Assembly: GCF_000284455.1 (NCBI RefSeq)
Contig: NC_017039.1
Span: forward strand, 2,100,001 to 2,132,000
Reading direction: 5' to 3'
From: Synechocystis sp. PCC 6803 substr. PCC-P
GTDB taxonomy: Bacteria > Cyanobacteriota > Cyanobacteriia > Cyanobacteriales > Microcystaceae
Length of the DNA: 32,000 bases
How positions within the stretch are numbered: position 1 is the first letter of the stretch; each line of letters begins with the position of its first letter. The position numbers were made by a program, and so were the translations under genes. The notes under the pieces were generated by a model. The model saw only the letters and a program-made list of their open reading frames with translations. It was not told the DNA's origin and did no database searches. This document shows, piece by piece, positions 1 to 8,967 of the stretch.

Positions 1-286
1 TCAAACGAGCCGATTCAAAATCTACGCCCCGGGCATCGGCCCCCTCTAAAATAGCCCCATCCATGTTGGCAGAAAAGAATCGTGCTCCCTGCAGATTGGC
101 TCCAGTGAAGTCCGCCCCCCGTAAATTGGCATGGTCAAAGATGGAGCCCCGCAGATCCTGATGGGAAAAATCTGCCCCCACTAAGTTACCCCGGTTATAG
201 TCTAGGGCTAGGCTAGGGCTTGCGAGGCTCCCCAAAGCGAGGATAAAAGTAGCAACTAGAATGCCAGTCCGGACTACGAACTGCCA
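1..286 (-). CDS. Pentapeptide-repeat protein with N-terminal signal peptide. Partial: the 3' end lies beyond the window edge and the start codon is unresolved.
   Basis: The minus-strand frame is open from 373 down to 1. It translates as ...RWQFVVRTGILVATFILALGSLASPSLA/LDYNRGNLVGADFSHQDLRGSIFDHANLRGADFTGANLQGARFFSANMDGAILEGADARGVDFESARL. This is a signal peptide with an AxA-type cleavage site followed by tandem A(D/N)LxG-type pentapeptide repeats. No ATG, GTG or TTG lies in frame between the upstream stop (374-376) and the TTG at 235. Confidence 0.7.
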
Positions 287-323
287 TCGGCCAAGGGACT
301 GGGGCTTTTCCCTCTGGACCCTG

Positions 324-331
324 GCGATCGC
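324..331. repeat. HIP1 (highly iterated palindrome GCGATCGC); representative copy
   Basis: I counted 32 exact copies by eye. Their start positions are 324, 1431, 2464, 2704, 2939, 3523, 3965, 4747, 5236, 5702, 6985, 7172, 7567, 8618, 9308, 10087, 11903, 14638, 15295, 15827, 15988, 17272, 17937, 18741, 19509, 19895, 20526, 21360, 24731, 27776, 29897 and 31097. The manual scan may have missed a few. Confidence 0.9.
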
Positions 332-503
332 CTTCCATGGGAATAGATTGGGGGTGAAAAATTTTTGACAAATTACTAAAAAATTCATTAACATTCAGCT
401 CCCATAGCACTTACCTTTTTCCACTATACATCAGTGCCTAAGAGCCTGTTGGTCGAGTTTTAGCTTGTCCCTAAAACCGAGCCGTTAGAAATCCGATCAT
501 GGG

Positions 504-555
504 GGAGAAATTTTATTTAGTTTCCCCAAAAATTGGAGAGTCAGGAGAAATTTTA
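504..555. repeat. 12-bp direct repeat GGAGAAATTTTA at 504-515 and 544-555
   Basis: Read directly. It lies in the intergenic region between the nhaS2 stop (596) and the pentapeptide-repeat gene. The first copy is part of an imperfect hairpin, GGGGAGAAA...TTTCCCC. Confidence 0.8.
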
Positions 556-595
556 AAAGCGAACTAAATTGTGGTTACCTCTGCCGTTAAGTTCG

Positions 596-2218
596 TCAGT
601 CATCCTGCAGGGCTAAAAGTTTTTCATTCAACACCTGTAAATATTCATCACTGATGTCATCGGCTAATATACCCTTTGCTAAGGCATCATTAATGGCACT
701 TTTTTCTGCTATGTAGAGACGCCGATATAGGCCATCAATGTATTTCTTTTCCACTTCGCCCTCGGAAAAAATTAAATTTCTCTGGTTATAAAATTCTCTT
801 AATTCTTGCTCAGAGTTGGCAATACGAGCTTGATAATCGGCGAATAGTTCTTCATATAAAAACTTAGGTAAACTTCCCGCTTCTAACAAATATTTTAACT
901 CTCCTTGGGCGGCCTTAGCTGTGACCAAATTCAACTGGAGCATGGCAATTTTTTGAGCCAATGGAGAAGGTTTGCTTAGTTGCAATTTTTTCACCACCCA
1001 AGGCAAACTCAAACCCTGGCCAATTAGGGAAACCATCACGGTGCTGAATACCAGTGTCACCACCTGATCCCTTCCTGGTAGAGTCAGGGGCAAGGCTAAG
1101 GCCAGGGCCATCGAAAGGGAGCCTTTGACATTACCCGCAATTAAAACGTGTTGCCAACGCAGGGGCAGGGGGCGATCAAAAAAGCTGAGCAGATAAAGCA
1201 AGGGATAAATGGAGAAAACACGACCAATTTGATAGGCCACAATGGCAATCAGGGCTGCAGGAATGGTGGAGAGGAGAATACTCGGATAGACTTCAATGCC
1301 CACCAACAGAAAAATAAGAGTGTTAACTCCGAAACCGGCGTATTCCCAAAAACTTAACAGGGTGACCTTAATCGAGGCGGAGGTCTGTTTCAGAGCCAAA
1401 TTACCAATTACCAACCCTGCCACCACCACGGCGATCGCACTGGAAACCCCCAGCATTTGACCAATTTGGAAAGTTCCAAGGGAAACGGACACGGTGAGGA
1501 GAATATCACTCAGGTCATCGTTGAGTTGGCGAAAAAGACCCACACAGAGATAGCCCAGCCCCAGCCCCACCAAGCCGCCCCCCACAAAGGCAACAAAAAT
1601 TTGTCTAATGCCTTCCCCAGCGCTAAAGCCTCCTTGGATATGGATGGTGGTAATGACGCTGAGCAACACCATGGCCACCCCGTCATTGAGCATACTTTCC
1701 CCTTCCACAATGGTGGCTAAACGGCGGGGAACTGGCACACTCCGAAAAGCGGCAATGACGGAAACGGTGTCAGTGATAGTGAGGATAACACTAACCCCAG
1801 CGGCGGTAACCCAAGCCAAACCCAGGCCGATTTTTAACAACACAGCGGTGATAGCGGCCGATATTACGACCCCAGGGCCGGCCAACACAGTAATAGGTTT
1901 GATGGTGCTGCGTAAACGGCTGATGTCGGTGTTGATTGCCGCTTCAAAAATGAGAATGGGCAAAAAGAAATTCAGGATTAGTTCCGGATTTAGTCCAACC
2001 GATAGACCCCGGGGAATGGCTAAACCAGCCAAGACTAAGCCGATCACATAGGGAATTTTTAGCCAGCGGGCCACCAAGGCCACCAGGGTGGCCACTAAGA
2101 GAAGAATGATTAGATTCTCCACTAGGGTGGTGATGGCTAAATTATTGAGGATTAGCTCCGGCTCGGTGGGCAGACTCTGGATATTAATGTCGGCGAGGAG
2201 CACAGGGAGCTTAATCAT
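596..2218 (-). CDS. nhaS2: Na+/H+ antiporter, CPA1 (NhaP-type) family, with a cytoplasmic C-terminal tail
   Basis: 540-aa ORF with about 11-12 hydrophobic helices and a soluble C-terminal domain of about 120 aa. The sequence pattern is typical of NhaP/CPA1 exchangers. Size and neighbours match my memory of Synechocystis NhaS2 (sll0273). Confidence 0.85.
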   Translation of the reverse strand: MIKLPVLLADINIQSLPTEPELILNNLAITTLVENLIILLLVATLVALVARWLKIPYVIGLVLAGLAIPRGLSVGLNPELILNFFLPILIFEAAINTDISRLRSTIKPITVLAGPGVVISAAITAVLLKIGLGLAWVTAAGVSVILTITDTVSVIAAFRSVPVPRRLATIVEGESMLNDGVAMVLLSVITTIHIQGGFSAGEGIRQIFVAFVGGGLVGLGLGYLCVGLFRQLNDDLSDILLTVSVSLGTFQIGQMLGVSSAIAVVVAGLVIGNLALKQTSASIKVTLLSFWEYAGFGVNTLIFLLVGIEVYPSILLSTIPAALIAIVAYQIGRVFSIYPLLYLLSFFDRPLPLRWQHVLIAGNVKGSLSMALALALPLTLPGRDQVVTLVFSTVMVSLIGQGLSLPWVVKKLQLSKPSPLAQKIAMLQLNLVTAKAAQGELKYLLEAGSLPKFLYEELFADYQARIANSEQELREFYNQRNLIFSEGEVEKKYIDGLYRRLYIAEKSAINDALAKGILADDISDEYLQVLNEKLLALQDD

Positions 2219-2265
2219 GGAGCTGGGGAGTTACTTTTGCTGGGGCACTGGGAGTTGATCTGGGT

Positions 2266-2691
2266 TTAGTTGCCCCCTAGCCATTTTTGACCGTTTAACC
2301 GTTGCAGGGTGTAGAGCACCATCAGATCCAGGGTTACTTTACGCTCGTCAATCATAAAGGACTCTAGAGTGCTGGGGGGGCGATTATCCACGCTGTAGGC
2401 AAAGCCTTTGGGACCTTTGATGTCTTCCTGGAAGAAGTAGAGGTTGAACTGTTTGGAAATTTGGCGATCGCCGCTCCAGGTGCCTTGTACTTGCCAATAG
2501 GGGGTGTTGTCAGCGCCGGGGATGGCAATGGGCTTTTTGCTAAAATCCAGGGCCACCGGACCCAGGCCAATTTTGCCGAGGGCACTTTGGAGGGCCGGCA
2601 GAAAATCTTGGTTGATGAATTCGGTGAAGGGCTTCTCTTCCACTGCGGGGGGTTTAGCTTTCTTTTCAGCGGGGGCTTTGGCTTCTGTCAT
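2266..2691 (-). CDS. ndhV: DUF2996 protein, NDH-1 complex subunit NdhV-like
   Basis: The ORF is open to a GTG at 2739 (157 aa). The ATG at 2691 gives 141 aa starting MTEAKAPAEKKAKPP... A Lys/Pro/Ala-rich N-terminus is followed by the conserved core EEKPFTEFINQDFLPALQSAL. The identification as NdhV (sll0272) is from memory. Confidence 0.7.
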   Translation of the reverse strand: MTEAKAPAEKKAKPPAVEEKPFTEFINQDFLPALQSALGKIGLGPVALDFSKKPIAIPGADNTPYWQVQGTWSGDRQISKQFNLYFFQEDIKGPKGFAYSVDNRPPSTLESFMIDERKVTLDLMVLYTLQRLNGQKWLGGN

Positions 2692-2769
2692 TAATTTGGG
2701 GAGGCGATCGCCATATACGTAAAAGGGAATGAGCGCCACTGGAGGCAGTCACAAAAAAAATAACAAATA

Positions 2770-3435
2770 TTAACGGGGTTCACCAGGGGTGACGGGGGCT
2801 CCGTCAGTCTTTTTTTCGGTAACTCGGCGCAAGACCCCATTGATAAAACGGTGACCATCCTGACCCGAATAACGTTTGGCCAACTCCACTGCTTCATTGA
2901 TGGCGACTTTTTGGGGCACACCGAGGTAATCCAGTTCGGCGATCGCCAGACGGAGTATGTCTTGATCTATTTTGGCCAGGCGGGACAGTTGCCAGTCCAC
3001 CATGGCTTCTTGCAACTGCTCATCAATCTGCTGACGGCGGCGACAGACGGTGCCAATCAATTCCAACGCAAATTTTCGTACTTCCATTTGCCCCGCCAAC
3101 TGCAACGTTTCCGGTAAATCCACCGCTAGGGCTAGGCGATTAATCACCGTTTCCGTTAGGGTCATAGCCTCTTCCAACATGGCCTTAGCACTGTTGAGGT
3201 TGCTAGCCCGGATTTCACTGTTTAACAGGCGTTCATGGCTACGACTCAATTCCGCCGAGGCCGTTTCTAAAATTTCATGGACTTCCCCACTCAGGGTGCG
3301 GGTGGCGGCCAACAACAATGCTTCCAGGTCGCCTTGCTCCAAGGTTTCGGGCTTAGTGTCCTTGCGGCTCAATTGGCTCAGGCTCAACAGGGACAGTTCA
3401 CGGGCCACACGGCGGGGTTGTTGACGGGCAAGCAT
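2770..3435 (-). CDS. nusB: Transcription antitermination factor NusB
   Basis: The C-terminal part ([50 protein letters not shown]) is canonical NusB. The ORF is open up to 3600 (276 aa). The ATG at 3435 gives [19 protein letters not shown]..., which matches the usual NusB N-terminus (ARRxARE). It also leaves about 200 bp of divergent promoter space. Confidence 0.85.
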   Translation of the reverse strand: MLARQQPRRVARELSLLSLSQLSRKDTKPETLEQGDLEALLLAATRTLSGEVHEILETASAELSRSHERLLNSEIRASNLNSAKAMLEEAMTLTETVINRLALAVDLPETLQLAGQMEVRKFALELIGTVCRRRQQIDEQLQEAMVDWQLSRLAKIDQDILRLAIAELDYLGVPQKVAINEAVELAKRYSGQDGHRFINGVLRRVTEKKTDGAPVTPGEPR

Positions 3436-3639
3436 AGGTTCAAATCTCAGCAAATCAGGAGTAATACTTTCTCTGATCCTATGGCCATTGTTGGTTACTT
3501 GGATAATCTGGCCCAAGCCTAGGCGATCGCCGACTGGATTTCGATTACCATGCAACTCACCAATGCCGATGGGTTTACCCTGTGCCAGAGCCGGCACCAA
3601 AGGATTGGTTCCATTGTGGATTAATGGCAGAATGGCTCC

Positions 3640-5472
3640 ATGGCCCTAGGGGATTTGCTGAAAATGGTTAATTGGACTAGAAATTGGTTTGGTTTTTCGT
3701 GCTTATTTGTTCTTACTCTGGCGGTAATGCTGGGGCTAAAACTGTTTTTGCCCAGTCCAGTGGTGGCCCAATCCTCTTCAGATTTTATTCAACAGGGCAA
3801 TCAAATTAGCATTGACGGTAAATCCTATCCTGTGGCCTGGGGTCAATGGCAGGAGGGAGGCCAGACCCGCACCGGCCTTGGGGATACTGGGGCCATGCAG
3901 TTTCTAGGGCTAGATCTGCTTGATAACACCAGCCCCAATCAGCAACCTGTGCAATGGTTCAGTGGCGATCGCCAAACTTTAAACGCCCGTTTTGTCGCTC
4001 CCAATCGTTACCTGGATGTAACTTCCCTCTTGCAAGGCTTCGGACCGTTGCAAGCCCAGGGCAATACCCTCGTGATGCCCAACACCAATGCCCAAATTCT
4101 GACCGTGCGGGACGGTAGGCAATCCTGGGGGGAAAGGGTAGTGTTGGAACTAAGCCAACCAGCCTTTTGGCAAGTGAGCCAAGCCAGGGAAGAAGCCGTT
4201 GTCACCATTAACGCCAGCAGTACCATCGGTAGCCAAGGCAATGCCAACGCCCCCGGACTACAGGCCATTGACCAGGACGATTTGGGTGGTAAAACCAGCG
4301 GCGGGCAACAAATTCGTTATCGCCTGGAAAGATCAGGGGCCAGCAGCAAAGTCCATTTTCAATTACCCGTGGGTTACAAGCTCCAGGTTAGTACTCTTAC
4401 TTCTCCCTTCCGTTTGGTAATTGATGCCCGGGCTGATGCTCCTCCGGTCAAAACTATCAACTGGACAGAGGGCATTACTTGGCAACAACGCTTTGTCAAT
4501 ATCAGCGGCGGCCAATTTCCCGTCACCACCGTCACCATTAACCCCCGATCTCCAGGCATTTCTTTACGACCTTTGATGGCCAATCCCACCATGGCCCAGG
4601 GCACAGCACCGTTGGTGACCATTGCTAGGGATCAACGGGCGGCGGTAGCTATCAATGCGGGCTTTTTCAACCGCAATAATCAACTTCCCCTAGGGGCAGT
4701 GTGGAGTCAGCAAAATTGGCGATCGGGGCCGATTTTGAACCGGGGGGCGATCGCCTGGAATGACCAGGGACAAACCACTTTTGGGCGCCTATCTTTGTCG
4801 GAAATAATCACCACTGGGTCTGGTCAACGCTTAACCGCCAATTATCTCAACAGTGGCTATGTGCAACGGGGCATTGCCCGCTATACCCCCGCCTGGGGCC
4901 CCAGCTATATTCCCCTCAGTGATAACGAACAGGTTTATGTGGTGCAAAATAGCCAGGTCACTGCCCAATATCCTTTGCCCAAAGCGGGCCAACAGCAAAT
5001 GCCCATTCCCAGCGATGGTTATTTAATCATTGACCGGGGCAACCAAATTCCCGCCGGGGTTCTGGCTGTGGGAACCACCCTTAACGTCAATGGGCGATCG
5101 ACGCCGGAAGCTTTCAACGCTTTCCCCAACGGCATGGGGGCAGGGCCCTTATTAATTGACCAGGGACGCATGGTGCTCAATGCAACAGGGGAAGGTTTTT
5201 CCAGTGCTTTTCAACAGCAACGGGCCTCCCGCAGTGCGATCGCCGTGGACAGAAACGGCAACATTATCCTGGTGGCTAGCCATAACCGGGTGGGGGGAGC
5301 TGGAGCTAGCTTGGGGGAATTTGCCCAAATTTTGCAACAGTTGGGGGCGGTGAATGCGTTGAATTTAGATGGCGGCAGTTCCACCTCCCTGGCCCTGGGG
5401 GGTCAGTTGCTGGATCGATCGCCAGTGACGGCGGCCCGGGTGAGCAATGCCATTGGCGTGTTTGTTCGTTAA
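3640..5472 (+). CDS. Secreted phosphodiester glycosidase family protein (DUF2233/NAGPA-like C-terminal domain)
   Basis: 610-aa ORF with an N-terminal signal/anchor ([27 protein letters not shown]). The C-terminal region carries AINAGFFN ... GAGPLLI ... [11 protein letters not shown], which is typical of the DUF2233 phosphodiester glycosidase fold. An alternative ATG lies at 3664. Confidence 0.7.
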   Translation: MALGDLLKMVNWTRNWFGFSCLFVLTLAVMLGLKLFLPSPVVAQSSSDFIQQGNQISIDGKSYPVAWGQWQEGGQTRTGLGDTGAMQFLGLDLLDNTSPNQQPVQWFSGDRQTLNARFVAPNRYLDVTSLLQGFGPLQAQGNTLVMPNTNAQILTVRDGRQSWGERVVLELSQPAFWQVSQAREEAVVTINASSTIGSQGNANAPGLQAIDQDDLGGKTSGGQQIRYRLERSGASSKVHFQLPVGYKLQVSTLTSPFRLVIDARADAPPVKTINWTEGITWQQRFVNISGGQFPVTTVTINPRSPGISLRPLMANPTMAQGTAPLVTIARDQRAAVAINAGFFNRNNQLPLGAVWSQQNWRSGPILNRGAIAWNDQGQTTFGRLSLSEIITTGSGQRLTANYLNSGYVQRGIARYTPAWGPSYIPLSDNEQVYVVQNSQVTAQYPLPKAGQQQMPIPSDGYLIIDRGNQIPAGVLAVGTTLNVNGRSTPEAFNAFPNGMGAGPLLIDQGRMVLNATGEGFSSAFQQQRASRSAIAVDRNGNIILVASHNRVGGAGASLGEFAQILQQLGAVNALNLDGGSSTSLALGGQLLDRSPVTAARVSNAIGVFVR

Positions 5473-5490
5473 ATAATGGTTGTGCCGACC

Positions 5491-7986
5491 CTAATCAATG
5501 CTGAGGGGGTCCACGTCAATATCCAGGTAAACGGAGCTAGGGCAAATTTGTTTAATTCTCTCCAGCGGCAAAATTACTTTGATGAAGCTGGGATATTTAA
5601 CTAACAACTGCCAGCGATACCGTTGGGCAATGCGGAGAATACTGGCCGGGGCGGGTCCCAAAATCTCCACGGTCTTGGGTAAAAGTTGTTCACACAAAAC
5701 GGCGATCGCCTGGATCGTTTTTTCCACCTCCCTTTCATTGGTCCCCAGACAACGGAGCAAAATTAACTTGCCGTAGGGGGGATAATTTAACATTTCCCGT
5801 TGGGGTAACTCCTGGGCGATAAAACCATGGTAATTGTGGGTTTTAACGGCTTGGATCACAGGATGGCGGGGGGTATAGGTTTGGATAATCACTTGCCCCG
5901 GCTCTTCTCCCCGGCCAGCCCGGCCACTCACCTGGGTTAAGGTCTGAAAACCCCGCTCAGCAGAACGATAATCGGCAAAATTAAGTAAACTATCGGCGGC
6001 CACCACCCCCACCAAGGTAATCTGGGCCAGGTCTAACCCTTTGGTTAACATTTGCGTTCCCACCAGTAAATCTGCTTCTCCCCGTTGGAATTGATCCAAC
6101 AAGGCTCGATGGGCACCTTTACGGCGGGTGGTGTCACTGTCAAAGCGAATCCAGCGTAAATCGGGAAATTCTTGGGTTAGGGCTTCGGTTACTTTTTGGG
6201 TGCCACTGCCAAAAAATTTCAGATAGGGGGAAGAACATTCCGGACACACTTTGGGCTGGATTTCCGCATGGTTACAGTAATGGCACCGCAGGAGAGGTTG
6301 GCCATTGCCCTGGACGTAGTGATAGGAAAGGGAAACGTCACAGTTGGGACATTCCAACACATAACCGCAACTGCGACAGGAGACAAAGGTGCTATGGCCC
6401 CGGCGGTTAATAAACAAAATACCTTGCTGTTGTTTGGCTTTGAGTTCCCCCAGGGCAGTTTGTAAAGCCCGACTAAAAATGGAGCGATTGCCCTGTTTTA
6501 ATTCCGCCCGCATATCGACAATTTGCACCGGGGGTAGGGGGCGGGACTGCACCCGTTCTGGTAACTCTAGGTAATGTCGCTGGGGGTCATTTTGATGGCG
6601 ATGAACTGTATGCCAGCTTTCCAAAGAAGGGGTAGCGGAACCCAGGATGAGGGGGCATTGTTCAAGTTCGGCCCGGCGTTGGGCCACGGTGCGGGCATGG
6701 TAATTAGGAGTTAACTGGGTTTGCTTAAAGCTACTGTCATGTTCTTCATCAAGGATGATTAATCCCAGATTAGGCAGGGGCGTAAAAATAGCGGAACGGG
6801 TACCAATGACAATCTGTTCATGACCTAGGAGAGTTTGCCGCCAGGTGTCGTACTTTTCCCCGGAAGATAGGCCGCTATGGTACACAGCCACCTTATTGCC
6901 AAAACGGGCCCGAAAACGGTCGGTTAACTGGGGGGTCAAACCAATTTCCGGTACTAGCACTAAAACCGATTGGCCCTTGCCCAGGCGATCGCCACAGATT
7001 TGCAGGTAAACTTCCGTTTTGCCGGAGCCGGTGACACCGTGGAGCAAAACCTGATGGTAACCCTGGAGGGGCAGGACAGTTTGGCAAGCTTGCTTCTGCG
7101 CAGGAGTTAGTTCTGGAGCTTGGCTGGCATTAATCGACGGTTGCTGGAAAAGCCGTAATTTTTCCCGTTCGGCGATCGCCACTAGTCCTTTTTTTGCCAA
7201 GGATTGAATGGTAGAGGCGGAACAGGGCACTGCTTTGAGTAAATCCGCTAACCACATTTCCCCCCCCTGGTTTTTGAGCACTATCAGGGTTCTGGCCTGT
7301 AGCTCCGTCAGTTTGAAACTGGGGTCAAAATTTAATAAAGTCACCATTTTGGGTAACTGGGGCTGCACCGCTTTGGGGGGTTCCAGGTAACTTTCCACCC
7401 ATTGTCGTTTGAGCAAATCCCGCAACGCCTTAGTCAACCCTGGTACTTTTTGCCGCAGGTAACGGTAACTATAATCCCCTTCCTTAGATGATTGCAGTAG
7501 GGTTAGAATTTGCCTTGCTCCCTGGTGGGACGGTTGACTCAAAAACAATGGCCAGTCCGATGGCAGGCGATCGCCATTCAATTTAATGCGACGCTGGGAC
7601 CGCTGGAGTAAACCTGGTGGCAACGCCATGCGAATAACGGTGATTAACTCGGTGCAATAATATTCCGCCAACCAATGCAACAGCCGCCAATAATGGGGCG
7701 CAAAAAAGCCCGATACAATTACGTCTTGAATGGGCTTAATTTTTTCCGGCGGCAAATCCGGTGGCAGTTTTGTCAAACAACCCACCACAATGCCCCCCAA
7801 CTGCTGGTTACCAAAGGGCACCGCCACAATGTCCCCATCCTGCACGGTTAAACCTGGGGGAATGGCATAGGTATAAACCCCTTCATTTTGGGGTAAATCC
7901 ACCAGCACCGCCGCCCAAGGGCGCACTGAATCTTCTTCCTGGTAGTTAAACCCCAATTCCGCCAGGGCTGAGGGAGAAACAGTCAT
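5491..7986 (-). CDS. priA: Primosomal replication-restart helicase PriA
   Basis: 831 aa. It has Walker A (GVTGSGKT), DEEH (ILDEEHD) and a Cys-rich zinc-binding insert (CRSCGYVLECPNCDVSLSYH...CHYCNH...CPEC). The helicase C-terminal motifs include GRAGRG. Confidence 0.93.
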   Translation of the reverse strand: MTVSPSALAELGFNYQEEDSVRPWAAVLVDLPQNEGVYTYAIPPGLTVQDGDIVAVPFGNQQLGGIVVGCLTKLPPDLPPEKIKPIQDVIVSGFFAPHYWRLLHWLAEYYCTELITVIRMALPPGLLQRSQRRIKLNGDRLPSDWPLFLSQPSHQGARQILTLLQSSKEGDYSYRYLRQKVPGLTKALRDLLKRQWVESYLEPPKAVQPQLPKMVTLLNFDPSFKLTELQARTLIVLKNQGGEMWLADLLKAVPCSASTIQSLAKKGLVAIAEREKLRLFQQPSINASQAPELTPAQKQACQTVLPLQGYHQVLLHGVTGSGKTEVYLQICGDRLGKGQSVLVLVPEIGLTPQLTDRFRARFGNKVAVYHSGLSSGEKYDTWRQTLLGHEQIVIGTRSAIFTPLPNLGLIILDEEHDSSFKQTQLTPNYHARTVAQRRAELEQCPLILGSATPSLESWHTVHRHQNDPQRHYLELPERVQSRPLPPVQIVDMRAELKQGNRSIFSRALQTALGELKAKQQQGILFINRRGHSTFVSCRSCGYVLECPNCDVSLSYHYVQGNGQPLLRCHYCNHAEIQPKVCPECSSPYLKFFGSGTQKVTEALTQEFPDLRWIRFDSDTTRRKGAHRALLDQFQRGEADLLVGTQMLTKGLDLAQITLVGVVAADSLLNFADYRSAERGFQTLTQVSGRAGRGEEPGQVIIQTYTPRHPVIQAVKTHNYHGFIAQELPQREMLNYPPYGKLILLRCLGTNEREVEKTIQAIAVLCEQLLPKTVEILGPAPASILRIAQRYRWQLLVKYPSFIKVILPLERIKQICPSSVYLDIDVDPLSID

Positions 7987-7992
7987 ATTTGC

Positions 7993-8424
7993 TTACTTTT
8001 TACCATTTTTTCCCTTGCTCTCCACGGTTAAATGCTCTGTGGGATAGACTTGCCAGGAATGCCAGGCTGCCTTGACTCCCGCCACAAAGCGTTTGGAACC
8101 CCCTTGCACCTTTTTGGCTCCCTCTTTGGTGATGGTTACGCCCCGGTCCACGGTTTGAACTACGTCTTCCACTGTTCTGACCCCTTGGTTTAAATCATCT
8201 GTCAATTCGCTAATTTCCAAACCCGTTAAACGAATGGCTTCCAACGTGGGGGGAAATTCCCGATTAAGGCTGTCAAATAATTTTTCTGCACTGCGTGCCG
8301 CCCGGGCCAGTTCCTGTAACGCCGGTAGGGCCACCACCAACACAGCGGTCAGGCTAATGGACACCAGGGTGAGGGAAAGACCCAGCCAGAAAAGGGGTTC
8401 GGTCATAGGTACAGAAAAAGTCAA
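7993..8424 (-). CDS. Membrane-anchored hypothetical protein, DUF948-like
   Basis: 143-aa ORF with a single N-terminal TM helix (LFWLGLSLTLVSISLTAVLVVAL) followed by helical repeats (LQELARAARSAEKLFDSL...). Its stop is only 6 nt upstream of the priA start, so it is probably co-transcribed. Confidence 0.6.
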   Translation of the reverse strand: MTFSVPMTEPLFWLGLSLTLVSISLTAVLVVALPALQELARAARSAEKLFDSLNREFPPTLEAIRLTGLEISELTDDLNQGVRTVEDVVQTVDRGVTITKEGAKKVQGGSKRFVAGVKAAWHSWQVYPTEHLTVESKGKNGKK

Positions 8425-8523
8425 CTACGGGGGCAATGGGGTGAGGGGCGACAGCGGTGGCCACAAGTTTCTGGTGGGGAAGGATTTAAACAACCATAAC
8501 CAGCCCAAAGATTAATGAAAAAA

Positions 8524-8871
8524 CTAACTGTCCGCCAGGGTAGTTTCCGCTGTAATGTCCCTTGGTTTTGGTTCCGGTTCTGACACCACGGTGGTTTGGG
8601 TTGCTTCCACCCCAGCGGCGATCGCCTCTTTGAGCCGTTCCAGGGTGCCCTGCCAATTACGTTGGGTGGCTTCGGAAAGATAGTCTGCCTGGAGTTGCAG
8701 AGTTGTGGCCAAATCCTCGGCTAAATCGGGGAGGGCGTCGGCAGATTTTTTTAACAGTTGCCTGGTTTGTTTGCCGGAGCGGGGGGCTAACAATAACCCA
8801 GTCACCGATCCCACTAAACCGCCAATTACCATGCCTGCCAACAGAGCGCCACCTTTGTTATTGCTGGCCAT
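8524..8871 (-). CDS. YtxH-domain protein (general-stress-like, membrane-anchored)
   Basis: The motif GGALLAGMVIGGLVGSVTGLLLAPRSGKQTRQLLKK is the YtxH signature. The ORF is open to 8931. The ATG at 8871 (MASNNKGG...) is the plausible start. Confidence 0.7.
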   Translation of the reverse strand: MASNNKGGALLAGMVIGGLVGSVTGLLLAPRSGKQTRQLLKKSADALPDLAEDLATTLQLQADYLSEATQRNWQGTLERLKEAIAAGVEATQTTVVSEPEPKPRDITAETTLADS

Positions 8872-8967
8872 GTTCCCCCGTAAAAAGAATTTCCCCCATT
8901 CTAGTGGAAGGGGAGAAAATGCTGGCCTCATTCCCCCATTTGTCTGGGTTAATCCGTTCGGCCAACT

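Noticed and set aside
213-410. 65-aa minus-strand ORF (MLWELNVNEFF...)
   Set aside because: It overlaps the upstream part of the pentapeptide-repeat frame and has no recognisable features. It is relevant only as the frame that holds the nearest ATG (see the start-codon finding).
1608-2051. 147-aa plus-strand ORF, and other ORFs of 60-90 aa antisense to nhaS2
   Set aside because: They lie entirely inside the well-supported antiporter gene on the opposite strand. The composition is Arg/Pro/Thr/Ala-biased, as expected for antisense frames.
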